From the human T2T-CHM13v2.0 reference genome, Homo sapiens: a stretch of DNA of 64,000 nucleotides. Each line of letters starts with the position of its first letter. Within the stretch, counting starts at the first letter, position 1. Below, in pieces: positions 14,400 to 28,879 of this stretch. Position numbers and translations under genes: made by a program. Below the pieces are notes generated by a model. That model saw only the letters and a program-made list of their open reading frames with translations, did not search any database and was not told the origin of the DNA. Location of the stretch: NCBI RefSeq assembly GCF_009914755.1, contig NC_060925.1. One strand, given 5' to 3'.

Positions 14400-14732
14400 C
14401 ACCCCAACCTATAAGGCTTGCGTGAGCTGGCCTCTACCTACTTCTTCAGCTTCATATTCTGCCACACTCCTTTATAACAGCCTTTCACTCTAGCTGCATG
14501 GAACCACTCACGTTTCCCAGAGCAGTCCTCCATGACTTTGCACATGCTGTTCCCCCTGCCTGAAGTATCCTACTGTCCTGGATAATCTTATAAACTCTTT
14601 TTCTTCTTGGAGAGCTTGACTGAACTGTAAGACTTCCTGATCCTCCAAAGAAGGGTCAGTCTCCCTGATCTTTCCTGGTCTAGACAGTGCTGGCACATTG
14701 TAGTTGCACAATAAATGTATATTAAATGAATC
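14400..14732 (+). mobile_element. L2 3' end
   Basis: ctttgcacatgctgttccc...ctggcacattgtagttgcacaataaatg. Confidence 0.7.
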
Positions 14733-14922
14733 TTTTCATCATTTCAATGTGCTACTATTTTGAGCCCTCAGAACTGCCACTGCTTATACTTTAACTAAAA
14801 TCATTACTTTCATCACAGAGCCAGTTAACAGATTCCTTAGCATATGAAAAATATTTCTAAATAGTAGGATCGGGTTGCTTATCAATTTAAGTAAGAAGTT
14901 GTCTGATACAGAATGTGATTTT

Positions 14923-15268
<346 letters not shown>

Positions 15269-15364
15269 CTAATTTGATGTTAAGTCTCATATTTTATCCT
15301 ATAGTACCTGTGACAAATCATTTTTTCACTGCTGTGTATCAGGCATACGTTTTCTTGCTGTCGA

Positions 15365-15640
<276 letters not shown>

Positions 15641-16089
15641 AGACAAATTATCTTATGCATGTTATATAGAGGTATGGATACTTAGAAATGCTAATTTGTA
15701 CTGGGGCTAATACTATTTAGGGGGTGCATACAGAAAATGTATTCAAATACAAGCAGTGAGATAGAGGGGGAGAGGATGAAAGAATAGGAAGTAGGAAATA
15801 AGATATTTAGAATGTAATTTATCACAGAGTAAGGGGAGCAAATCCAAAATAATTTCAGATGCTACAGGTATTTAGCCTTAAATAACACTAATGTACAAGA
15901 AGCTTATTCCTTTTACGATTCTTCTCAATTATTGTAAATGGTCCATTTCCGCAAGTCATCAGGCTCAGAAAGTGGCATTCCACCTTCTCTGGAGCTCTGT
16001 GCTAGCTGACCTAGCCTACAGTGGCTTAGAGCCATTTAAGCAAAGTACGTGGTACAAATATTTGGCATTTTGCTGCCTTACCAGTGTTA

Positions 16090-16575
<486 letters not shown>

Positions 16576-16657
16576 TCAAACCTCTCGGGTTAAACTGGAT
16601 GTCTGAAGTTGTTTCGACTGTGGCTTCCAGGAAGCTCTGCCTCATTTCTTTGAAATA

Positions 16658-16697
16658 TGACTCAGGTCCTTACCCAGGAGCATGTCTGACCTTGTTC
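16658..16697. promoter_or_regulatory. Candidate p53/p63 response element with adjacent AP-1 site
   Basis: TGACTCA at 16658-16664; GAGCATGTCT GACCTTGTTC at 16678-16697 (19/20 to RRRCWWGYYY x2, no spacer). Motif only. Confidence 0.4.
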
Positions 16698-17978
16698 CGA
16701 CAGAACTTTAAAATATTTACTCTGTACTCCCTCTAGGCAGCTTCTCCATTCTTAGTCTCCAGCCATCTGCTTGGCAAGGCAAGAATCACAGATGACCAAG
16801 GTACCTCCTCACACACACCTGACAAGAGAAAAGTTTTGATTCCCTTGTCATGGGCCCCGACACCTTGGGCTGCTTCTACTGCAAAGGGCAGTATCTGGGG
16901 GATGCCCGGGCAGAAGAAGAGGACTGGGTTACATACTGTGCTTGTTTAACAAAGGTTTTGGGGGGCCATTTTAGCCAAAGATCTTTCTTTGAGTTCAAAA
17001 AGTTACACAGCTTTTAAAATCTGAGGCTGGAGCTTCTTGAGGGTGCCTGGCAAGGACAGCCAGGCCAAAACTGCATAGGAAGATGGCAGGAGTTTCCGTC
17101 CGTCACCTCTTCTGTGGCTGTGTCTCTCTTCATCTCTCAGGGCAGCCAGGGGACTCTGCTATCTCTATAGGCCACTCTCAAAATCCGCCCTCAGGAATGG
17201 AGCTCATGGACTCATTCGTGCAGGTGCTATAGCTAAAAGAGAAACTCCTCTTTAAATGTCTGAAAACAAAGGGATTGATGACAATTTTTGACATCTGGGG
17301 CTCTCAGTGCCAAGGAGGCAGAGAGGTGTTAAGGATAGGAAAGACTTCTTGAAATTGCTTATTTCGTATCTCGTGAGATTCAACCTACCAATAAGACTGG
17401 CTCTTTGCCATGCCTGAAGGAGTTCACTTGATATTCACAATAATTATGGAGTCCTCTCTTTTCTGAACTAAACTCCATAATAGGCACAATTAAGCTAACC
17501 TTTACTGAGCACTTACTATACCAGGTATTTTGCTGAGCACTTTACATTATTTTCTTTAATTCTTAAATTTAGGTAGAATATCATTTAGGATCCTCTTGAT
17601 AGACCTAAACCAAATAGGTGTAAACGCAAAGAGCATTTATTGGTTTACAAAACTGGGAAGCTCAGGAACAGGGCTGCCTTCATACATGACTGGACTCAAA
17701 CAACATTATCAGAACCTTGACTCCCTCCATCTCCTGGCATGGATCCACCTTCCTTTGTGTGTTGGCTTTGTTCTCAGGTTCCCCGTGGGGGCAGGTGGCT
17801 GGAGCTGCTCCAGCCAGACAGTCTTCCAGCATCTCCATTTCAGCAGGAAGTAGAAAGCAGCACTCAGGAGTGGCACTCAGCTTCCTCCTGAGTGCTCAGA
17901 TGTACTCTAATTAGACAGCATCACATACTCATCTCTGAATTGGCCTCATGGCCAGGGGCTTTGAAGAGTCTGTCCTGA

Positions 17979-18344
<366 letters not shown>

Positions 18345-18859
18345 TAGAGACTAGGGGAGAAGGATCTCCAGATGGAAATTTGGGGAATAGATGCAGAGCA
18401 AGCAACAAAAAATTTTCATAACCCCTGTGAGTGTTAGTGTTCCACTTTGATAGATGAGGAAACTAAGGCTCAGTAATTGATAGAACAGGAGCTCGAATCC
18501 TGTCAGTTACATTTAACAAGCCATATTATTGTTCCATTTATTCAGAGGAAATGTTTTTTCTTTTTAAATACATAAAAACAAGAATGCATAACTAGAGTAA
18601 ATGAATTAATGTCAAATTTTCCATAATGAAAATTCTCCTTAACTTGTCCTGCAAATGTACCCCAGGAGACAGAAGAAGCCCTCTAAGAACGTATAACTCT
18701 CTTTTCAATATGTCAATGGCCAAGTTTTTCTGCCAAGGGAAAGAAAGGGAATGTGACTCATTATTAAAGATCCAGGGCATGCTTTTGACTTCATCTTCAG
18801 AATGATTTGAACCAACAATTCAGCTGGCTTCAAGAAAAACAACACATGAAGTGACTTAC

Positions 18860-19408
18860 TGTAGAAAGTAAAAAGTTTCCTCTTCAAAGTTTAAAAATAA
18901 ATCTTAAGTGTTAGAAATAATAGTTTCTTTTAAAGACTAACTTCCTTCAAGCCTCCTTGCTTTATGCTAATAACTCTTTGTTAAGCCCTATCCTATGTAG
19001 CTGTTAGACATGCTCACAGGCATAGTACATTCTATGTCCTTGAACCTTAACCAAAATATTTGTGTTGGACACGCTCATAGGCATGTCCCAGCTCACAGCC
19101 TGTGTCCCTTCCTTACTTAGGAATATTATTACTTTTCTACCTATTTTTAAAAGTTTTAAATTATTAGCCAGTCAGGTTTCATGAGGTCTGGCTCCAGCCA
19201 ATGGAGACAGGACACAGCAATAAGGACCTCACGTGTAAGTAATAAATATTCTGGTGTCTGTTTATTCTGTGTGTGCCCTTGCCATTGTCCCATCTGCAAG
19301 GGACACCCTTTCTGCAGAAAGTAAAAATTGCCTTGCTAAGACAACTTTTTGTCTAAATGCTGATTTTTCCTTGTGGCACCAAAGAACAAACATTTTACAT
19401 TTCTAACA
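18860..19408 (+). mobile_element. LTR10-family (HERV-I) solo LTR
   Basis: TGTAGAAAGTAAAAAGTTTCCTCTTCAAAG...TTCTAACA; 5-bp TSD CTTAC at 18855-18859 and 19409-19413; agtaaaaattgccttgct poly-A region. Confidence 0.85.
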
Positions 19409-19689
19409 CTTACTGATATAATTTATCCTTTCTTAGATACTTCACGTGGGCCTGGCTGCCTTGTAAAGGGTTTTGAAACAGTCATTTAGGAGATATGGTC
19501 ATTGTTGATTTTATTCTGAACTCTCAACCACAAGCAACTATGAAGTCTGTTATTAATGACCTTATCATATTGACATGTACTAACCAAGATAGAGAAAGCT
19601 ATGGTGTTAGCAAAGTTAGCAAAGTCTTAGACTTGGCACTAATTAACTCTGTAACCTCAGACAAATCTCCTAACCTTTCTGATTCTCTC

Positions 19690-20225
<536 letters not shown>

Positions 20226-21274
20226 TATAAAATCTTTAAAATGATGATAATAAGTTTATAAGTTTTTGTGAAATTCAGATTATGTAATATGCTTTAAAAC
20301 TCAAGAATGTTTGTAAACCTGTTAGAATTTCACAAATATAAAGTGTTATACTCCTTTCAATCCAAGAATCTGAGAACTCTGTGGCTGCCTATCACAGTAA
20401 CAGTGAAGAAATTCCAAGAGGCAGGTCTAGATTAAGTTAGAGTTGAAGTCTGTAACTTCAGAAGCTGATTCTGGACTAGGTAACAACCTCCTATTTAATC
20501 AGGAAATAATGGCTTGCAGTAAAACAAAACAAACAAAACATAAAAACACCAATGTGTTTCATTATATTGAAATGCAAAAAGAAGAATGTGATCCAAGCGT
20601 GGCATAAACTTCTAAACAAAATCACCAGTTACTAAAATTCTGTACAATTCCATTTTCTCAACATACTTGACTTTTGGATCATTTGTTCACATCCAGGAGA
20701 TTCCTTAGCACCCCACATCTATTACCTCAAATATGATCAAATCCCTGCAGGGCTCAGAAGAAAGATCAACAAGTCAGAAATCTAAAGAGTAGATATACTG
20801 AGGCCAAATTAAAACAGAGCAATGATCAATCCCAAGAATGGAGCCTTTCAGATTTCAAGTAAAAGTGGCCACTGTTTGGGCAGAGGACATACTCCAGCAT
20901 CCTTTTCTCTCCAAAGCCTTCCCTAGTACTCTCTGCCTTGCTTCCACACAGAAAACTTAGCACCTTTGCCCATCTCCGGTCAGATGATCAAAGAATGCTT
21001 CTTGGCCTTCCCTGACTTTCCTTGGTTACTGAACATTGGGCACCAACCATTATTTGTGTGTTAGTTTGTTTATGGGATTGGAAGCAGAATGCCTGCTGTG
21101 TTACCTGGTTAGAGGCACTGGAAGTGCCAACTAGAAAGCCCAATCTCTCAGCTAAAGGAGCTCTCCAACTGAGGTTTGGCCTGCAAAGGTGGTGGTGCCT
21201 GAGCTGAAGGGTGAATCAAAGCCAGCTCCTCGGATAAGAGGTGAGGGTGATGGATATTTCAAACCAAAAGAATC

Positions 21275-21435
21275 AGCCAAGTGCTGTGGCTCACACCTGT
21301 AATCCTACCACTTTGGGAGGCTGAGCTGGGAGGATTGCTTGAGCCCAGGAGGTTGAGGCTGCTGTAAGCTATGATTATGCCACTACGCTTGAGCCTGGGA
21401 GACAGAATGAGATCCTGTCTCAAAAAAAAAAAAAA
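21275..21435 (+). mobile_element. Alu monomer (FRAM/AluJ-like)
   Basis: Single arm with poly-A. Confidence 0.85.
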
Positions 21436-21772
21436 TTAAAGTAAAGAAAGAATAACCTGAACTGAGGAGAGACACAGAAGATCATGATGCATTTAGAACA
21501 TTTATGTCCATATAGCTGGACTACAGAGTGTATGTGGCTCACAGGAAGCTGGAAAAAGTGAATAGAGAGGTAGGCAGGGGCTGGATCATGAAGAGCCTTG
21601 TAAGCCAGGTTTTTAAATTAGCTTTGATCATGAGGGCAATGCAAAGACATCAGAGAGGTTTAAGCACAGAAGTGATATGATCAGATGTGCAGTTGAATAA
21701 TAACAAGCAATATGTGTTCCAAACAAAATTTGGAAAATCAGAAAAGCACAAAAAAAGTGTAACAGATGGTAT

Positions 21773-21854
21773 TGAATGTCCGGGCCACACTATAGGTCTA
21801 AGACTATAGGTCTAAGAATGTTTTCTTAGACCTATAGTGTGTCCTGGACATTCA
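21773..21854. repeat. 31-bp inverted repeat with an internal 14-bp tandem duplication
   Basis: 21773-21803 matches the reverse complement of 21824-21854 at 29/31; CTATAGGTCTAAGA is repeated at 21804-21817. Confidence 0.95.
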
Positions 21855-23019
21855 TGACATGACCTTTTTATTTATTCTTTCCTATTGCTTCAGAAAAATC
21901 CATTCTAGGATAAAATCCTTGCTTTTCTGATCCCATTCTGTCACAAAAATGCTCTCATTTGAGTACTGCAAAAATTGTGTGAAGTGTAATATTACACCTT
22001 CAATATTTTATTCATTGAAAAACTTCTCATCCGTCTGGCTAGGCTTGCTTTAGTCTTGGAAGCTTGCAGTGAAGGAAGGGTGCACAGTCAGCTTTTTCCC
22101 TCTTCTACCCACTAGCTGCTCTTTCCTTAGGCCTCTGGGGATGGATTAGGGGCAAATTACTCAGATTTATGTGACTGACACAGTTGTCATATGGTGTGCC
22201 ATTCGCACCTTGGAGATCCTTCTACTAGGGACCCCTGGCTAGAGTGCCCTCCTGCCAGGTAGCTTCACCCTGCAGGTGGTTTTCCAGGGCAGTGTCCCTT
22301 TTGACATGGACTGTGAATGGGTCCCCTCATTCCATGGCCCACCCGTCAATAAAAGTGCAGCTCCCTGCCAATGAGTCTTCTCTCTTTATTCTGTTGCAGG
22401 GCAGGCCCTTCTAGACTTTCACCTTTAGGCTTCCTCTGGTGAAAGTCAGTCCTGTGTCTCTCAAACTCCAGGAGACACAGATCAAGGACTCACTCCAAAT
22501 GACTCTTGTGAAACCTCCTCACTTGGCTTAAAGGGAGGTGGTGTTTCCTATGGCAGGAGTAGGGTGGGTTTGGAACAGTGCACCAGGACCATTGTCTATA
22601 AAGAAGACCTTGATCTGGCTTCTTAAGCCCCCAAAGGATGTTTCTAGCCTCTCTTCCATAGCCTAAGGTGGGTAATGGGCTTATATTGACAAAGCCCAGT
22701 TCACAATCTCTTTGTGTGCCCTGAACATAGCTAGGGGGTCTAGCAATTCTATTAAAAATTGGTCTAGCAAATTTTTTAGAATGTGCCAGTGTAGGACCTA
22801 CCTTAGTATTCTTAGTCTTTGAAGAGTTGAGAAAATAGAGGAAGCAATTTTCTTTAAAAAATGAAAATCATTCATAATTCCAATAGTTTTTTTTCTTTTC
22901 TCCTTTGGAAGTATAGAGAATAAGGAGAGAAAATTCTCCTTCCACCTTTCAACTATAACAGTTTGATGTGTATCTTTCAAAAATTTGTTATGCTTATATA
23001 AATACAGACGATAGATAGA

Positions 23020-23895
23020 CGGGTGATTGTAAAACATAGCTATGGCCAGGTGCAGTGGCTCACACCGTAATCCCAACAATTTGGGAGGGCGAGGCAGGAA
23101 GATTGCTTAAACCCAGGAGTTCAAGACCAGCTTGGACAACATAGAGAGACCCTACGGTTTCTACAAAAAATTTAAAAATTAGCCAGGCATGGTGCCATGT
23201 GCCTGTAGTCCTAGCTACTCAGGAGGCTGAGGTTAGAGGATCACTTGAGCCAGGGAGGTCAAGGCTGCAGTAAGCTGTGCTTGTGCCACTGCACTCCAGC
23301 CTGGGTAACAGAGAGGAACACTGTATCAAAAAATAAAATAAAATAAACAAATAAATAAAACATAGCTACACAATGTTTGACATTTTTTCTATCAAGAGGT
23401 GGCGTTTATGTTCCCTTCCCTTGAATTGGTGCAGGCTTGTGACTGCTTTGACCAGTGGAATACAGTGGGAATGAAGGTTGTGACTTATGAAGCAGGGTCC
23501 TAAAAGGCGTGAAGCTTCCACCTTGATCCCTGGGGACACTAGCATTTGAAGCATCAGGCCACCATGAAAGAAGTATGACTACCCTGAGGACATGATATTG
23601 GGGAGGACACACATAGGTCAGTGCCAGCTGAACCCATCCTTCAGCATTGCAGGCCAGGTGGCAGGACATGTGCATAAAGAAAAATGTAAGGAGTACCTCT
23701 TCTAACTCCAGCTGTTCCACTCCCAGCCATTCAAGTCATCTCAGCTCTAGATATCATGGGGCAGAGAAAAACCAACCCTGCTATGCCCTGTCTGAATTCC
23801 TGCCCCACAGAATCTGCAAGCATAATGAAATGGTGGTTGTTTTATGTTACTAAAATTTGGGGTGACTTGTTACACAGTGATGGGTAATGGGAACA
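23020..23895 (+). mobile_element. MLT1G/H-like LTR (split by the AluJ)
   Basis: atcaagaggtgg...cccttgaat...ttgtgactgctttgacc; cccacagaatc...tttggggtgacttgttacacag. Confidence 0.8.
23044..23360 (+). mobile_element. AluJ
   Basis: TSD AAAACATAGCTA. Confidence 0.95.
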
Positions 23896-24749
23896 GACAG
23901 CTATTTAGAAAGTTCACTGAACTGCAAATGGTAAAGATGGAGTTGAAGGGGGCAAGACTGGGAACAGAAAGACAAGGTAGGAGGGTTTTGCAGTAATCCA
24001 CATGAGAGACCAGCGGCTAAATTAAGGCAGTGGTAGTAGGGAAGGAGAGATAGGGCCCAATGGAGAAATATTCAGGCTCAACACTTATGGCCCCACTGGC
24101 CGGTATCAACAGCACAAAACACAAGAGATGGGCTAGGAAAAGAAGGCATAGAGCAGAGGCCTTGCGCATGCTGTTAGCGTATCTCCTTTGGTATATCTCA
24201 GCTTTTTCCTCTGTGTGCAGACTCGGCTTTGTTACCCCAGGCTGTGATTACATGGTTTAGTTTCACAAACGGGATGCCCTGAATGTTAGGCTGTGGATTA
24301 CATTAATCAATCTATTTTGTTTTATCTTACATGCTTACTTAAAAGCTCCTTGTACTTAGAAAGAAAATATATGCAAAGTAATGTACAAAGCAGAGACTTG
24401 TCATTGTTTTAAGCTGAGCCCTTGTACCCTGTCAATGAACAAAGAGGCCCCTGGGTGAGCAGGATCAGTTTATAGTGATCAGTCTCTGAGAGATCTACCT
24501 CCCTGCAGCAGGGCAGTGAAGGAGGGTGGGAAGGACAGGGTGTACGGAACAGAAAGATAGAAAAAAATTGCTCACAGCCAGCTTACTGGCACGTTTCAAG
24601 ATATGCTAGGCCTAGACTGCAGGACAGTGTGTGCTGGAGATAGAGTTGCAGTCTACAAAAGGTCTGCACATGCATTAAGTATGGACAGACAAAAGCTCGT
24701 GCTGCCAAAAATGGTAAGGCTTGTTACCTCTGGGGGTTGGAATTACTTC

Positions 24750-25070
24750 TGTTTTTTGTTTTTGTTTTTGTTTTTGAGACAGGGTCTTGTTCTGTCACCC
24801 AGGCTGGAGTGCAGTGGCACGCTCTTGGCTCACTGCAACCTCCGCCTCCCAGAGCGATTCTCCGGTTTCAAGTGATTCTCTTGCCTCAGCCTCCCGAGTA
24901 GCTGGGATTACAGGCGCCCGCCACCATGCTGGGCTAATTTTTGTATTTTTAGTAGAGACAAGGTTTCACCATGTTGGACAGGCATGTCTCGAACTCCGGA
25001 CCTCAGGTGATCCGCCTGCCTCAGCCTCCCAAAGTATTGGGATTACAGGCGTGAGCCACTGTGCCCAGCC
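24750..25070 (-). mobile_element. AluS
   Basis: Full dimer with a 13-nt insert. Confidence 0.95.
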
Positions 25071-27305
25071 TTCTTCTGGTTTTGTTGATGTGTTGGGACC
25101 TTTGTGCTTTTTTTATATTTTCCAAATTTTCTGCATATGTATTACTTCTGAAAATAATTTTTGAAAAAACTACATTCTTTTAAAAATTATGAGGCCCTCA
25201 CAGTTTCACCCATGTGGCTCTTATCTGCACTAGTGTTTTCTGCAAGTTTCACTCTAGATCATCTGACTACTCTCATCTTCCTAGACTAGGGGACTGCACA
25301 CGCAATAAGGGACCACTTTATACACAGTTTAGGGCCCTCTGAGTCTCCCTTTCAGAATTCTTTCCTGAACACTTCTCGAATACTCAACACATTCTCCAAG
25401 TGCTCGGGACAGCCTCTGAGTCCCTGCAGTCCTCTCTGCAGTGCCAAGTCTGTGGTCTTTAGTAACCAAGTCTGTGCTCCCAAATCACTTCTCTCTCTCT
25501 CCTACAGTCTCCCACTTCCCACCCTCCATCCAAATGCCTACTTACTTCCCAGGAAGATCTCAGCTGGATGTTAGAAACAGAGCTAATAAATATTAAACTC
25601 ATTCACAACATTTGAATGAGTAGCTAATAGCTTCATACTCACTGAGTTTTAAAAGAGGTTGCCCAATTAATGTTAGTGTCTCTAATTGGTGATATCAAAG
25701 CTATAGTCGAATGCAGATTTTCCCGCTCGCATTAAATCTATGTGCAAGTAGGTCACAACCTCTTTTAGCCAAGCAGGAAGGGTTTCCTGCAGCCAGGCGC
25801 CATCACCATTAATATCAGATAGAGCAGTAACTAATTCAGTCATGTTGATGGATGCCGAGATGGTGCCTAGACTCATCTGCAGTGGGAGCTACAAAGCTAG
25901 AGTGCGAGAAACCAATTTCCTCCAGCCTGAAGTGCTCTAGGTCACCCCTGGTTACGGAGAAAATGACATGAGTCACTGCATCTCCTAAGCCAGCTTATCC
26001 AGAATGTTGTGCACAGCTAAGCCAACAAATAACAATAGGTGTACACAGAATACACATTATCTCACCCCATTAGTCCTGAAGATCTATTCTGATTTCCCAG
26101 AAAAAAGGTTAGGGAAACTGCAACGTGTGGCAGTTACAAAAACACTTCAAACCAATACCCAACAGGGGAAGAAATGCAGACACGCTCTGAACTCCAGCCA
26201 GCGAGCCAGTTCAAAACCAGGCTTTACCTGTCCAAGGAAATCCCTTCCCTGGGGGACATTTAAAATGGCTTAGAGGCTTTCTTTCTTTCTATAAAGCAGA
26301 GTTTGGGGTGCTCTCTTGCTCTTGGGGTGCTCTCTCACTCTCTCTGTCTCTCTCTTTCTCAGTTACATGCATTAAACGTTTACAAGTATCTACCATGTAC
26401 CGAGTATTATGCTAGGCACTGAGGTTTCTAGTATGAATATGGCTCAGTCCCTGCTCTAAAAGAAGCTGAAATTCAGTTAGTGGGTGGCAATGGGCACAGG
26501 TGCAAATGATGGAGCAAACAGTAATACAATCAATTAAGTCCTATAAGAGAAGATAGAAGAACAGGGACAAGGAAGTGTTGAAGTCCTCCTGCCAGGACTG
26601 AGGCACAGGTGGGAATTGGGTGGGTGGAGAGGCGGGAAGCTGTGAGGCGGGGAGGCACAGGTGACCCTGGAGGAAAGGCTTCAAGGATAATTAGTTAACC
26701 AAGTGGCTAAGTGAGGTGCAGGAGAGGAGAGGGAGATGAACTCTCCTCTACTTTGGAGCATTCCAACTCTAGATTTTTATGTTTTTACATTAGCTTATTT
26801 TTCTTTTGTTTCTCATTTAACTCTAAAATCAAAACTAAGTGCAAACAACATTTTATAACCCTTGAAAATGGAAATGGTACACTATGACCTGTTCATTTCA
26901 CAGTTAAGCTTCTTCAAATCTTCAGTTCTCTGCTCCTAGACTTTTGGATTCACATTAGTCCTAGAAGATGGATCAGAGAAATGCAAGGAAAAAAAAGTGA
27001 AAATCATTCATTTTTAAGTAGTTAATGTTTTATAATCTAATTCCAAAAAGACTCAGAGGAAACAATTAATGTATCTGTTTAACTGATCCGGTTAAAATGA
27101 TTGTGAAAAAGTTAGAAACGAAAAGCTACATTTCAACTTTATTTCCCCAAGCTATTCCTTTCCTCAATTAGCCTGATAATTGGGAGATAACTACAGAGCA
27201 TGCCACATCCACTCTAAAGCATATTTATAGGAAAAATGCCAGAGATCTGGCTGTCTATTCTTTAACTCTAAATAAAGCATTTCCAGATGCCCAAAATGCA
27301 CCTAA

Positions 27306-27652
<347 letters not shown>

Positions 27653-27659
27653 AAATTTA

Positions 27660-28037
<378 letters not shown>

Positions 28038-28744
28038 TTATAGATTAAAATAAAAGTACAGAGGGAATAACAGTCACTCCCCAGAAGTAATTATAGTCAA
28101 CAACTTTGTGAATCTCTTTCCAATATACGTATGTATTATACAAGAAGATTGTAATATAGACCGTGGCATCTCCAGAATTTCTATATTGGAGAGGCTCAGG
28201 GGAGACATCTAGTTAAATGAGAAGGCTAGGAGAGAAGCTGCCTTTTCATAGTAAGCCGTTAGTATTTTAGATTGAATTGATTTGGCATATTTTGTGGGGA
28301 TGGGGGCTGGAGGAAATTATGGGAGGAGCTAAAGGCTTTCCTGAGCCAGCTATGGCAAGCACTGCCACCTATTTCCACAACCTGCTTTTTTAACTTAAAA
28401 ATGTCTTGAACATTTTACCATGTCACCAACACATAGAGATCTACCACCTTCTTTTATAATAGTTACATTGAATTCCACTGCATTTAATTAATCTCCTATT
28501 GATAAACATTTAGATGTTTTCCAGTTTTCACTAAGCATTCCTCTCTTTCTCTCTCCCTCCCTCTGTGTGTGTGTGTGTGTGTGTCTTCTGTTTATAACAT
28601 GAGAATTTCTGTAGAATAGATTCATAGAAAGAAGATTTATAGGATGAATTATATGTACACTTAAAATTTTGACAGAAAACTCTCATTATTTAATATATGA
28701 CTCTGCTGCCACTGTGATGGCAGAATACTGTCTTCTATGATTGA

Positions 28745-28879
28745 TGGAGTGACCATATTATTTAGCAGCCAAACCAGAACACTTTTGAGAGAGAAAGTAG
28801 ATGCAATTAATTATCATGCTGGAACCACAGGCATAAACCAGGACTACTCCTGGGCAAACTAGAACATTTGGTCACCCTA
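28745..28879 (+). mobile_element. MER94 (hAT-Blackjack MITE)
   Basis: TIRs ggagtgacca / tggtcaccct; ccaaaccagaacacttttgagag body; about 135 bp. Confidence 0.75.

Noticed and set aside
25680-26280. Repeat-free stretch with AP-1 (25969-25975) and E2F-like motifs as an enhancer
   Set aside because: TGA(C/G)TCA occurs more than ten times in the window; no support without chromatin or conservation data.
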